A DNA stretch of 63,993 bases, counting the filler, from Basidiobolus ranarum (lineage: Eukaryota): the NCBI GenBank assembly GCA_040143965.1. It is 4 parts of 4 records of this genome, joined end to end, with 100 filler letters (N's around TTAATTAATTAA, not from the genome) between each part and the next. Parts side by side here need not be neighbours in the genome. Positions count along the whole stretch, not along the records: positions 32,525 to 48,658 come from JASJQH010000353.1; positions 48,759 to 63,993 come from JASJQH010000387.1; 2 more parts are not named here. One strand, 5' to 3'. Each line of letters opens with the position of its first letter. The first letter of the stretch is position 1. The translations under genes were made by a program, and so were the position numbers. The notes beneath the pieces are model-generated. The model did not search any database. It saw nothing but the letters and a program-made list of their open reading frames with translations, and was not told where the DNA came from. Shown here in pieces: positions 36,820 to 49,265 of the stretch.

Positions 36820-37884
36820 ATGAAGACCTCTACTCAACAAGTATACACAGTTAGTGACTATTCCCCTAAAGATATTACCCATACCTCTGTTCATACTCAG
36901 GAAACTCTGACATATCCATCTTCTCAAGCACATGCACTACCCACTCAGTCATATCATCCCTCAATATCAGAAAGTATCCATTTTGGAATGTATACGAACC
37001 CTTATTCAGCTCAGGATGTGTATTACCATCGTCAGCAGCCACAGCCACATCCTCATCACCATGAGCCTGTATATGCCAACTATTCAACAATGATTAACGC
37101 CCTACCAGCACATCACTTCATGGCACTTGAATCCGAAACCAATCTTGATTCCGCTTCGGTACACTCAGAACTACTCGAGACGGAGGAAGTCTCAACTGAA
37201 TCAAGGAAGATAAAGATACCACGACCCGCAAACTGCTTCTTTCTATTTCGACGTGATAAACAATCCGAGATTTTTTCTTCCAATCCAGGCATCACTAACA
37301 TGGAAGTATCTCGAATAATTGGTAAAATGTGGAAAGGTATCTCAGTTGAGGAAAAGCGCAAATACCAATGGATGGCTGAAAAGATCAAGCTTGATCATCA
37401 ACAAAAATATCCGGACTACAAGTATAGTCCCAACAGAACCAAGAGCAAGCGTAAACAATCCCCTGGCTCTGAATTTGACTCTCCTTCTGAAGGCTCTCCA
37501 TTGAAAATCCAAAATTGCGGAGGAATAATGGACCATATGAACGGCTCTACTCTGAAATCTTACTTTGCCCCACCTGTAACCCATCATAACATGATGGGAC
37601 CGTATTTTCCATTTCCATCAAACAAACCTGCTACTTATTATTCTAACTACGAGACTAACAACAACGACACCAATTCCCATAGTTCCAGTTTGCGGAAAAA
37701 AGGGCTTGGCGTTGGCGGCTTGGCTGCAAACGACTTTTCAAATATAATTGATGGCGAATATGCTCCATTACCACCAGTTCCCATGCCCGATGCCACTGGA
37801 TTTGACTTCAAATGGCTACTTGAAGAGGATGCATGGCTACCATCATCAACATATCCAGGTCCAACATCAACCAACCGTTTGTAA
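36820..37884 (+). CDS. Sequence-specific HMG-box transcription factor (MATA_HMG/SOX-type)
   Basis: KIPRPANCFFLFRRDKQSEIFSSNPGITNMEVSRIIGKMWKGISVEEKRKYQWMAEKIKLDHQQKYPDYKYSP. TATAAAA at about 36675. Confidence 0.92.
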   Translation: MKTSTQQVYTVSDYSPKDITHTSVHTQETLTYPSSQAHALPTQSYHPSISESIHFGMYTNPYSAQDVYYHRQQPQPHPHHHEPVYANYSTMINALPAHHFMALESETNLDSASVHSELLETEEVSTESRKIKIPRPANCFFLFRRDKQSEIFSSNPGITNMEVSRIIGKMWKGISVEEKRKYQWMAEKIKLDHQQKYPDYKYSPNRTKSKRKQSPGSEFDSPSEGSPLKIQNCGGIMDHMNGSTLKSYFAPPVTHHNMMGPYFPFPSNKPATYYSNYETNNNDTNSHSSSLRKKGLGVGGLAANDFSNIIDGEYAPLPPVPMPDATGFDFKWLLEEDAWLPSSTYPGPTSTNRL

Positions 37885-38885
37885 TTTCCTGGGAACAGAC
37901 CCATGGAAAAACCACTTTGAGCTAGATTATTACTATTACTTACATCACACATCTTCTCTACCTAATTGCTTTAGTTGAGGAAAATGGAAAATGTGCCTTG
38001 AATTTTGAGCTAATTTTGTTTAGATATTCATTTTCCCGAACAAAGCTTTCCCCTCTCCCTCTGTTTCATTATGTTTTCATTAGTTTACGATGATTATTGG
38101 TCATTTTTACATCTTTTTACACTGTAGATAGGCTTACGCTATGTATGAGTTTCTTTCCCTAATGAATTAAGACATATTTGCCCTTTACTTTCTAATTTTT
38201 TAGTCTTATTTTTCTCACATCTGTTGTTTTCTGTAGAATCATAACCCGGTTGACTTGACTATCTTCCCTATATCTCTCTTTAGACTTTCTATTGAGAAAT
38301 GAGTTGACCTTCTAGTGATTTTAAATCAAGATTCATTTTCTAGACGTTCAATAAAGGCATCACTACACTGCACTGACTAAATTTCCTACAATCTTATTGA
38401 CAAAGGCAGCGGATGCTTTATTGAAAACACCGATTAGAAGTGGCCATAATACCCTATCTTGGCACCAGGTATAACACATTGCTCAAGAAAGACGCCCCGA
38501 CGCCTACGTTATTTCACGCAGTAAAACGACTCGTCTATTTTGTTAAGAAGAAATGGATTATATATTTCACCTATCGTGCATACTATTTTCCTATATCGCT
38601 TGCATCTGCACTACTAAAACATAGATGCCCTACTATCGAAAATCACCCAACTTCTCTGTATCAATTGAGCAGTTCAAGATCTCTACGAAGTGAGTTACCT
38701 ACGTAGCGAAACAAGGTGGTTCTTCATCTCTTTATTGTGAACAAAGAATACAAGAAATAGGCTACAATCGTGATGGATCCTTAGTAAGAAATAAATATAA
38801 GTGTTTGACAAAGAAGTACTCTAAAGAAGTCTAATCAAAAAATAAGAAGTAATTGAATTTTTACAGAATCATTACGTTATACATA

Positions 38886-40011
38886 TTAATGATGGCCCTT
38901 GAGGTAGGTGGTAACATACTCATCGGTAACTTGGAAACCCTCCTTTAAACGATTAACATACATGGGAAGACCTTGACCCATGATGGTCATCTTAATGAGG
39001 ATCTTTTGCTTCTCCGCATCAGCAGAGATGTCACGCTCCACAGGAGTGTAAGAGGAACGACCGAAGGCATGATTGAGAATGTATAGTTGCTGCACCATCT
39101 CTCCGTCTTTCTCCTCTTGGAGCTTGATCAATCCTTTGACACGATAAATCTCATCCTTGGGTAAGCTAGAAAGGAATTTTTCGAATGCCTTCTTTTCCAA
39201 CACGGGACCAGTGTGGTCTTCGGTATCATCCAAACGGATCACTTGCACAATATCAATCTCTTTATGATGATGATCCTGATCAAATGTTTCTCCATCTTTC
39301 TTGGCGTCTAACTGGAAGAGTTTGGTATCAATACCAAACATGACTTCGGGTGGAACACCAGTTTTCCCTTCGCATTTGATCTTTGGAGTATCGGTGTTGA
39401 GTTCGTTGATGTGATCTATGACAAGGTCCAACTGACGATCATCAACCAACTCGTGCTTATTCAAAAGGATCAAATCGGTATATTGAGCTTGCATCTTTGC
39501 AGTATAACTAGTATCCTCATATCCAGTGAAATTAATGCAATCCACCACGGTAATTATAGAATCCAAAACAAAGCCGTCATCAGCCATCTCTCTAATTTGC
39601 CAAGCAATAGGAGCAGGAAAAGCAGAACCACTGGTTTCCACAATGATACGATCAGGTTGGAAAGTTTCTGGATAGTTAAAATCATCAAAAATTAGATACA
39701 ATCTACCACACTTTTTTTTGTTAAATATCTTCTTCTGATCTATAAATACCTTTGAGTTCTATCAAGGCAAGTTTCATCTGTCCAACAAGTACGCAGCACA
39801 TGCAGCCGTTAAGCATTTCTTGTACGGCTACATTACTTTCTTTAACAAGTTCGCTGTCTACTTCGACATCACCGAACTCATTTTTTAATACAGCAATCTT
39901 GTAACCAGGGTCGACACGGTTTAACAAGGAGAGAATCATGGTAGTTTTACCGGAACCCAAGAAACCAGTGAACACTGTGACAGGGATGATGGGCTTAGTT
40001 TCATTAGTCAT
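38886..40011 (-). CDS. COG0523/CobW-family G3E GTPase (Zng1-like zinc metallochaperone), 2 exons
   Basis: TVFTGFLGSGKTT, KNEFG, NGCMCC (CxCC), IVETSG, LLNK and YRVKG. Exons 40011-39750 and 39667-38886. Confidence 0.92.
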
Positions 40012-41489
40012 GGTTGATAGCAATGGGATGAGATGAACAAGCAGTAAAGGTAAACACTGAAGGGAACTCAGGAGTGAGGCTAAATAGGTGAAAAATGTTG
40101 AATCCTGATACTGCGATTGAATGTGACTTGCCAAACAACAATGAATGCCTAGATCATTATAATTTGGGCACTGATATAAATGATATTGAACGTTCGACTA
40201 CTAATATTCCTGATAGATATTTCGATAAAGGATTGTCTTCTTCTGGAGCAATCCGATCCGGTATCAATCCGGTATCATATCCGCTGTGATTGGCTTGAAC
40301 GGAGAGAATCCACCTTTAATAGAAATCGGTAACAGGATTTGGGAGAAAACATGTTGACGCAGCGTCAGTACAGAATGGTCGCTACATCATTGGGTCTACG
40401 TTGCAGGAGAGAGATAGAGGAAAGCGAATCTAGTACCATTTTGACGAGCAGTGTTCGATTCCTGAATTGGTTGGATTGATCAGAAATTCGTTTTATCAAA
40501 GCAAATCTCCGCCAACTTGATTATTTCTTAATCATGTGTGAAAAGGATAAATTCGGCCCTCGATGAATGATTTGTGCATATCAAGATCGAAACATCTCTA
40601 AGACCTCTCAGATTGACTACTGGCTCCTAGATTGAATGTTTCAACCACTGGTGAGAAGATTCAATTTAGCCACTGCCAACAATAGTAGGCTCTTCCTCTC
40701 AGGGATCCTTCGCCTCCTTGCAAGACTTTGGGACATATTGAAGGGTGAGGGATTCATCCAACTGGGTCAAATCCCGTTTCGAGAAGGGAAGGATGCAATG
40801 CTCTATTGATTTCCCGCTGCGTCTTGGATAATGCAATCAAATTCTCACGAGGTAGCCTCATTGCAAAAGATTAGATTAGATGACTCGCACACATGTGGTG
40901 TCGAGGTTTTATGAAAGTATCTCGATATCCCATGAATCAAGATGAATGTGAGTCTTACCAGATGATAATTACCAAAACGAGATTTGCAGGGAACGAATTG
41001 GAAAGACATGCTGAGACAAAGATGTCTTTGTGCAAGACGGAGAGTCGCTGACCCTTTCAATTTGCTAGCTTAGGTTGTTATAATATCAGAAGATCGGGAT
41101 ATGTTTATTCACAGAAAATCTATTTGTTAGGCTATATAAGTACATCGGATAAAATGGTCTTTCGTAACGGCATTATATATATGAAAAGTCACCAGTGGCG
41201 ATGTAAAAACAGATTTCGAATGGGTAATAACAAGTTAATTTTCAATACTTTATACTAAATAAGATTGTTGACGAGGTGATACGTATTTATGTGAATTGGG
41301 GGCCTTTCAGATATGTACCTCGTATTTGCAACATTTCTTGGAGCGTATGGCAGCTTTGAAATGGGTGGGAAATGAGTGTTTGACAAAAAGCATGATGCTG
41401 GAAGTAAGTAGTGGATGAGTTCAATCGAGTGGTTGTTGATTTGGCTTGAGAAATGTATGGTTTCCCAGGGTTCTGCCTAGCAAATGTGC

Positions 41490-42623
41490 TCATTTCATTA
41501 CAACACTCTCCGCTTTGGGATGTATAAATAAGCGATATAGCAAGCCACCCAAGGCAGCTCCTAAGAATGGCCCGGTAAATGTTATCCAAAAGTAGCAGTT
41601 ATTCGCGGAGAACATCTCTGATCCGTATCCGACCATGGCGGCTACAGCCCTGCCACAAAAATCGCCAGCGGGATTAATTGCATTTCCTCCTATTCCGATA
41701 AATAATGTCAATTGAAGTCAATTTAATAAATTAAACCAAGCATCTCATACCAAAGCACACCAAAACCGCTAAGAAATGGAAGGACACACCAAGAACTACA
41801 TAGCCGTTGGCTTGCCCATTCTTAACATCGGTAATACCATAGATGCCCAACAAAAAGACCAGATCGTTGAGGACCTCTTTGAAGAACCCGGCCAAGTTGC
41901 TATAGTAACCGGGTGGATTGAAAGCAAATATCCCTGCAGTAGCAAGTTCTCCGGTGACTCTATGCAAACCTTGGTCATAATGATTGATATCTGGCCAGTA
42001 ATATAAAAAGGCAAAGAGTGCAGCAAAGAAAGCACCCAAAAGCTGGGCTCCAATATAGCGAGGCACTTTCCGCCACGGGAATTTACGATGGATTGCGAAC
42101 GATACGGTAATGGCTGGATTAAGATGACCTCCCTTTTGGAATAAGAGTAAGTAACTGGAATCATTCGAAGAGAAGAACTGACTGCCAACCGAAATTTATG
42201 TCATTCCGCGATGACATGATTTGATTCAAATAAAGACTAGGTACATACCGAAACTCCACCACTGACATATAGACCAGCAGCCAACCCCAGTGGAGCAGCC
42301 AAAATCGCGAATGGTGATTTGTAAAGGATACTTTGGGCATTCCCAGCATATGAAAAGAACATCAACAAGAAAGTCCCAATAAATTCGGCGCAAACCTGAT
42401 TTCTAGCTGTTTCCAATCGACTCCATCCATGATGTGATTGTGGCTCGACTGTAGTGACCAACAAACTGTCCTTAATTTCGGCTCCATTTGGAGTATCTAT
42501 ATTGATTACGGAAGCCACGGGTTGGGCGAACTTTAACATAGGTTGCTGGATGTTCTGCTCTATAGGCTGTACATACTGCACCTCCATATCAGCGACCCTC
42601 TCCATATCCATATGAACTGTCAT
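41490..42623 (-). CDS. Aquaglyceroporin (MIP family), 3 exons
   Basis: AEFIGTFLLMFF, GGVS|GGHLNPAITV, FPWRKVPRYIGAQLLGAF, ATAGIFA, NAINPAGDFCGR and YFWI...GPFLGAALGGLLY. Confidence 0.92.
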
Positions 42624-45107
42624 ACTATCGGTAAATGTGTGGATTAAGCTGTGTAGTTGGTAAAAAGGTTCGTTTTTGTAGATCTCGATAGACTTGGGCT
42701 GGTGAAGATGGGAAAAGTTGGTATGGGAAGGTAAAGCAAAGGGATCTCTCGATAGCCCAAAGCCCAATCCAAAGAATGGACGATCTGATGTCACAATAGA
42801 CGGCTAAATCGTTGAGGTCTGAGTAGCAGAGATATATATATGAGAAAGAAGCAGCGATTATCTGCCATCTATTGCCACTGATGACTAGCTCAGTGAAACC
42901 TAGTTAATTTGACATTGCCATCCCCAAATCTTGGCTGGGGATAATAAATTTTTGCATTTCCATTTAGCGGAGCTTACAAAGACCATTATTGAGTACATCT
43001 CCCTAGTATCAGATACTGGGTAAGATTGCGAATAAATCCAACTCAACCATCCGGCCAATGACCTCTGTTCTGTACTCCAGACAAGTTTGGAGTTATAATA
43101 TGTCACACGAGGTCAGATACAAAATAATCCTGCATGGTTTAGATTTTAAAGACATCTGATACTTGTTGAGTAGGCTAACCAATTTAAAGTTGGATTTATC
43201 CATTTATAACTCAGGCCCTGGTGGCACCTACCGTCGATCTCGTGTCTTTACCAAGGTTACGACTGCCTCTACAGGCCATATCTTAGGAGTACTTTCATGC
43301 TGTATCTCTCAACTATGCCTACATCAAGGATACACATCACAAACCCAGGTCTTGACAAATCACAGAACCCCAACATCTCAGGCCACTTCCGCTGCGAAGA
43401 AGAGCATACAAGAAGTCGATGTATATAAAATGGAGTTAACTTGTCCTTTGACGATGGTCAAATCCTTGCGGCGTTCTTTTTCATCTCTGGAGTTAACCTC
43501 AATCCTGGTAAATCCCAGAACTATCCATCCAATATCAACCGCTCTCGATTGTGTCAGTGTCTCATCCCAATATGGCTATACTACTAGCGCGCCTATTTGA
43601 CACAATCATGACATAAACAATCAATCTAGAAAGATGGAAGGGCCAAAACCTATCACTCCCCTATTTCACCCCATAGATCCTTGCCATCCTCAGCAGTGTT
43701 GGGAGTCAAGGCTCCACCTCCACTAGCCGGCCATTTCAACACTACTTGCGATGCTTGGCCATATGTTTGTATTCATAACCACCAATGCATTATTCAAAAG
43801 ATACCTCTTGGATTGTGTTGCGATGGCAATCGCTGTCAATACTCCCGGTGACATTGTGACTGCCTATAGAGAGAATAGATTAATGTGTTGTAGACTTTTC
43901 GATGTAAAGCTTGGTCACAGTTGGAACAGAAAAGGATTGAACATTACGCTATATTGTATTGCTCCATATGTTCTGGCTTTCATCAAAGGCCATGATAATC
44001 AGTTCTAAAAATAACTTCATTGTGTCATGGTTCCCTCACATTTCATTAGATCGTCTTCGTTTCTTCCGAGTCTTTCCATTGGATGAGATGGCTTACAACT
44101 AGTATTTGTGTATGTACGTATTATAGAGTCTGCATCGGGTCATCCATTTCGGCCAGATAAAGGGATACTATGGGATGAGCCTGGCTAAACACAGGATAAT
44201 TGGGAAGAATGCCTTCGAGAGGCAAATCAGGAACTCTATAGCCAAGTGAAAAGCAATGGACTTGCTGTGATAGTGTACCGCTTTAGATCATGCGACATGG
44301 TTAGATCAGAAATTGTATGCCCGATGGGTTTTCAACCTTCTTTTGTGCAGATAATGAAAGCAACAACACACTATAGGCTGCTGGCCTCCATGCACTGGGC
44401 TTCTCTGGGAATTGGGCCAGGAGTTTCACCCTTATTGCCTCCTTCAAGCGACCCGGAGGTTGCGTTGTCTTTCTAGAAGTCCAGGAAGGTAGCCAAATAA
44501 TGTACCTCCTGAAAAGTGTTGAGTTCTTGTGAAACATCAATACATATACATACTTTGACCTAATCTTTCGTTGAGGTTCAATTTGATCTAGTGTAATCAT
44601 GTTGTCGGCCATTTTCGTTTCAACTTACCCTATTTGACTCCCAATGATACACCTCTGTAGTACATCCTGGACTTGGCGAACAAATATGTACTGAAACATC
44701 TGTAAAACCATTCTATTATGCCTTCGATTTGTGCACAACGGCTGATTGAGCGGACTAACTCTACAAAAGTAATCCAAGAGATAATTCCTGACGTGCAGAG
44801 CTCAGCTCAAGTAGGTTAAGTCCAAAGTGCACGTCTAGTCCTATTTGGATATGCTATTTGCTTGACATTTCGCTGACCAAAATCATCGGTTACTCGTTGT
44901 TACTATCCAAGCTTTGGGTTATGAATTCTCGTGATTTGCTGGCCGAGCCAAAAATCAGTTCAACTTGATAATCTATTGCATGCTATCATGTGACACATGT
45001 GGAATTCATATTGTGGAAATGTATTGTTGTGACTAATGACTCCGAAGCTCGTTGGTTGGCTCGCAAGTGGGAAATTGGTTCTTTTGCACCTCCCTCACCT
45101 TGTATAG

Positions 45108-45815
45108 ATGTTAACATACGATATCATCGCAAACGTTTTTGCATATCTCTCTCCAAAAGAACGATACTCTTGTTTGTATATTTCGAAACTCTGGAATGAG
45201 CTTACCACTCCTTTGATATGGGCAGCACCAAAACCTGAAACAGCTCGTCAACTTAATTACCTAGTTTATACCTTGAACCAAACTCGCCGTCGAAGAATAC
45301 GCAATCTATGGCGCAAGGCAATATTCAATATCCTAGCTACAAACTCGAACTGTTTAAAAAGGTATCCCTTCTTCCAATCTCGTGAGGACTATTTCTCCAC
45401 CAGAGACTATGGAGTAATGATCCAGATACTAGATCTTTCAGAAGTAAAAGGGAAAGAAATGATCACGGATTATATGATTACAACAATGGCTCGAAACTGC
45501 CCGAATCTTATCAAAGCGAACCTGTATAACTGCTTCAACCTCACCGATAAGAGTATTTCACAACTACTGACCCGAAGTAGCCACTTGACTTGGCTTTCTT
45601 TGTCTGTTTGTACTGGAATTACGGACGAAGCTTTGTTACCCTTGACCACTCTACAACGATCCTGCCCTCTAACACACCTGAGCTTGAACTTTACACTTAT
45701 CCAAGGGAAATACTTATCGAAGGTATTGGAGGTAAATCCTGACTTAAATTTAACTTTAGACCAGACGAATCTATATAATGTAAAGCATCATCGAACCAAT
45801 CGACATTTAGCTTGA
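45108..45815 (+). CDS. F-box / RNI-like leucine-rich-repeat protein
   Basis: F-box-like N-terminus (LTYDIIANVFAYL...CLYISKLWNELTTPLIW) and Cys-containing LRRs (CPNLIKANLYNCFNLTD, LSLSVCTGITD). Confidence 0.85.
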   Translation: MLTYDIIANVFAYLSPKERYSCLYISKLWNELTTPLIWAAPKPETARQLNYLVYTLNQTRRRRIRNLWRKAIFNILATNSNCLKRYPFFQSREDYFSTRDYGVMIQILDLSEVKGKEMITDYMITTMARNCPNLIKANLYNCFNLTDKSISQLLTRSSHLTWLSLSVCTGITDEALLPLTTLQRSCPLTHLSLNFTLIQGKYLSKVLEVNPDLNLTLDQTNLYNVKHHRTNRHLA

Positions 45816-46625
45816 ATCTTCTGTTCGTTTTTTTGTCATTCACAAAAGGGATTCTCCTTATTCCTTTTACCTCCATGATAGACGATAATATGTAAAAAAG
45901 ATTATATTAAAACCATTAATATTGGTATGTACGTACAGAAAAAGGAAATTATGACATCCCCCAGTAATATTGCACAGAAGAGTATGAGATGTACTGAAGT
46001 ACATTGGAGCGCTCAAAAGTCCGAAATTATTTCATGATTTAAATCAATCGTTTGAATGTAGTGGTTGAAATATCAATATTTAAATACATAATTCTAATAT
46101 TTCATGTTTTGAAATATTCTGTAAATAGATATTAAATATGCGCAAGTCTGAATCTTTAGATATCTGAGAGCTGTCTGGAGAAATCTATATTTTCAAACTC
46201 GTCGCAAACTGCCCACCCCAATGTAGTCTAAAGTCTGGAATAATCTAGAATTTGAACTAGTATTGTGCTTATCATATGATGAAGTATTGGAGTCTAAATA
46301 TTCATAGATCATGGTTAGCATGCTTTATATTGATCTAAGGAGTATTTTCAAGTTTGAATACAACATCTATTTTGATATATCTCAGAAATGTTGAGAGGGG
46401 TCAAAATTTCCCAACTCATCGCAAACTCTCCAAGTTTGTTCTTTAATTTCCTTTTTATCCTATCATCCCAACTCTGCAGCTATACTTCTTCATCTCCAAC
46501 ATAAAATTTGGGCCATCTTCATTGCAATCAAACAATGAATTCAAGTCACATATTTCTTCTAATTATCTCAAATACTCTCACATCTATATGATATAATTAG
46601 CAGTTGTGGTCACTAGTCTCAACTC

Positions 46626-46962
46626 TGTTGAAATTAGCATTGCCTAAACACCTATATAGTTATATATAGCTTAGTATTTAGCTATCCTATATTGAACTAA
46701 GATATTACCCATAGTTCGATATCGGAATTTACTTCGAATATTGACCAACTTAAAACTCTCAGATATATAGATTTTTCAAAGAAACCCCAAACTTTGCACA
46801 CATGTTCCTGGGACCTTCCTTAACACACTCTACACGTTAGTTTGTTTACATCTTGACAAAACTATAAATGTCAACTGAATACTCAATAAATCAACAAGTG
46901 AAAACCACCAATTTCTCTAGTTCTCCAAACCACTTCCAACAGGCTCCCAAAATACTTTAACA
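46626..46962 (+). mobile_element. Solo LTR with 5-bp TSD AACTC
   Basis: TGTTGAAA...TTTAACA flanked by AACTC on both sides. Same family as 5807-6112. Confidence 0.88.
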
Positions 46963-47585
46963 AACTCCTCCCTATATCTGGTGAAGATATTGTGACCGCT
47001 GTATTAAGTTAGCACTAGCCCAAGTATGCTATTAGTCTAGTATATCAAATATGAAAGGGAAGCTCATAATCGTAATCTTGTAATACACTACTTTCTTTGA
47101 CTAATTGTTGATTCCAAAGATGTGACAACTGGCATATAGCATTGTTCACTTGGAACTGGACATTGTTATTATCATATCGATATAGGTCTATACAATCCAT
47201 TGCATATTGGATTGACTCTTTCTAAACATCTTTCCACCTGATAGTGTCTTATTCATTGGCCAAAGTGAGACCCAATGTGTGAATATGGAATGATATTCAT
47301 AAATCACTATCATAACAGATATTGAGTTTTTTGTACAAAACTTACGTTATGTCTGAGTTTCTAGTGATCTTTCCTAGCTTGAATATATACTATAAGCACA
47401 GTAATATTGCTCTTCAAGCATGATAGGATAGGAAACAATCAAGTGGTAGCAACCTGTTACTCTATGTGATTATAGCAATGTATATAAATGATGGAATGGG
47501 TTTTGGCATCATTACTGCCAACATTAACCATTTGATTTTTGCAGCAGCACAGTTGTTATTGTTGAAATATTTTGAGAGTTTGTTG

Positions 47586-47913
47586 TGTTGAAGTTACATA
47601 GCCTAAACACATATATAGTCATATATAGCTTAGTATTTAGTTATTCCATATTGAACTAAGTTATTACTCACTAGTCTCAAGAGGAATTTACCTAGAAGTT
47701 TCAAGATATATAGATTTTGAGAACTTGTCCTAGGGGCCTCAAACTTTGCACACATGTTCTCGAGACCTTCCCAAACACATTTGACACGTTTATTTCTTTA
47801 CTTCTTGACAAAGCTATAGATATCAATTTTCCACCCAATAAATCAATATGCAAAAACCACCATTTCTTCCAGTTCTCCAAACTACCTCAACAAACTCCCA
47901 AAATGCTTTAAAA
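47586..47913 (+). mobile_element. Degenerate LTR copy, same family
   Basis: Starts TGTTGAAG and is collinear with 46626-46962. The 3' terminus is decayed and no TSD is visible. Confidence 0.75.
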
Positions 47914-48341
47914 GATGTCACTTCATATTTAGTATATAGTGTTATCTGAACCAAAATAATAGTCTCTGACATTATGAAAGTGATGCCCCTACTCTTTGTG
48001 ATGCTGTATAAATTTACACTCAGTCCTAGCAATAAATCAATTCAGAGTTCATATTTTTTAAACAATTTTTTTAGTAATTAGTCTTTGCTCTCCCTAAAGT
48101 TAGTAGTTGTCATGTCTGAGACTGCACTGATCTCAGATGTTGAATCTGTTCAAATGTTAGAAGTAAGCTTGTAACTATGCAAATATAATGCTTATTATAT
48201 TTGTTTTTTGCTCAGCAAATATTTCACAAGTCTGAATCATCATATCAACTTTGAATATATTTGACAAATATCAGATATGGTCAGGAAGATGGAAGTATTC
48301 AAACCTGTTCAGAGCTTCCCAAACTTGAACACCCTAGAAAC

Positions 48342-48495
48342 TGTTAAGTATTTGGGGGCTTGTTGGAAGTGGTTTGGAGAATTAGAGGAATTGGTGATTT
48401 TCACTTATTGATTTATTGAGTAGAAAGTTGACATTCATAGTTTTGTCAAGATATAAGCAAACAAACATGTGGAATGTGTTAAAGAAGGTCCCAGG
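48342..48495 (-). mobile_element. 3' half of an inverted LTR copy, interrupted by another LTR
   Basis: Reverse complement matches the 3' half of 46626-46962 (…CCTGGGACCTTC…CCCAAATACTTAACA). Confidence 0.8.
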
Positions 48496-48658
48496 TGTTG
48501 AAATTAGCATTGCCTAAACACCTATATAGTCATATATAACTTAGTAATTAGTTATCTTATAATTCACTAAGATATTATCAATTATTCTCAATCGGAATTT
48601 ACTTAGAATATTGACACCAACTTAGAAGTTCTCAGATATATAGATTTTTCAAACTTGT
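48496..48658 (+). mobile_element. LTR 5' part (nested insertion), cut by contig end
   Basis: TGTTGAAATTAGCATTGCCTAAACACCTATATAG is identical to the start of the 46626 copy. Confidence 0.85.
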
Positions 48659-48758
48659 NNNNNNNNNNNNNNNNNNNNNNNNNNNNNNNNNNNNNNNNNN
48701 NNTTAATTAATTAANNNNNNNNNNNNNNNNNNNNNNNNNNNNNNNNNNNNNNNNNNNN
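48659..48758. other. Artificial contig linker
   Basis: N44-TTAATTAATTAA-N44. Confidence 0.95.
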
Positions 48759-49265
48759 AACCCTGACCGTCGGAAGACCGTTATAGTGAGATCACCGACT
48801 GATGAAGAGGCAGTGATTATCCCGAATCGAAATATTCTGGTGTATCCCAACTATTTTGAAATGCACTCTCAGAAAGCGTTTTATCCCACTATCCCTGAAC
48901 ACCGAAATGGACTGGACAAGGAAAGTGGCACCTACACCATTAAAATTCAAGGGTCTAATATCAAAGTAAAACTTCGGGCTTTAATTGCCGGAAGCTCTCA
49001 AGGTGGTGCTCTTTCCTCTACTCTTACTTTATTTACGGATACCAATCCCGAGCTACTCCCCGCTTCTGATATGCGCAAGTGGACTTTACTCAAGACGCTT
49101 CATCAATCTAGTATATCTAGCAATATCGAATCACTGATTTATGTTGAATTGGATCACATCTTGGATCTTGAGGAGGCTTCAGAAATGAGCATGACGCTTA
49201 AAGCTACCTGTATGACTTTATATCTTTACCACCTGGAGATTATCCCAGTTGATGAGTGTAACTAA
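48759..49265 (+). CDS. C-terminal part of an unidentified protein (5' end lost at contig start)
   Basis: The frame is open from the first base of the contig to TAA at 49265, with protein-like composition. Confidence 0.6.
   Translation, partial: NPDRRKTVIVRSPTDEEAVIIPNRNILVYPNYFEMHSQKAFYPTIPEHRNGLDKESGTYTIKIQGSNIKVKLRALIAGSSQGGALSSTLTLFTDTNPELLPASDMRKWTLLKTLHQSSISSNIESLIYVELDHILDLEEASEMSMTLKATCMTLYLYHLEIIPVDECN

Noticed and set aside
43163-44612. Several 75-145-aa ORFs on both strands (possible WD40-like pseudogene)
   Set aside because: No consistent frame or recognisable domain.
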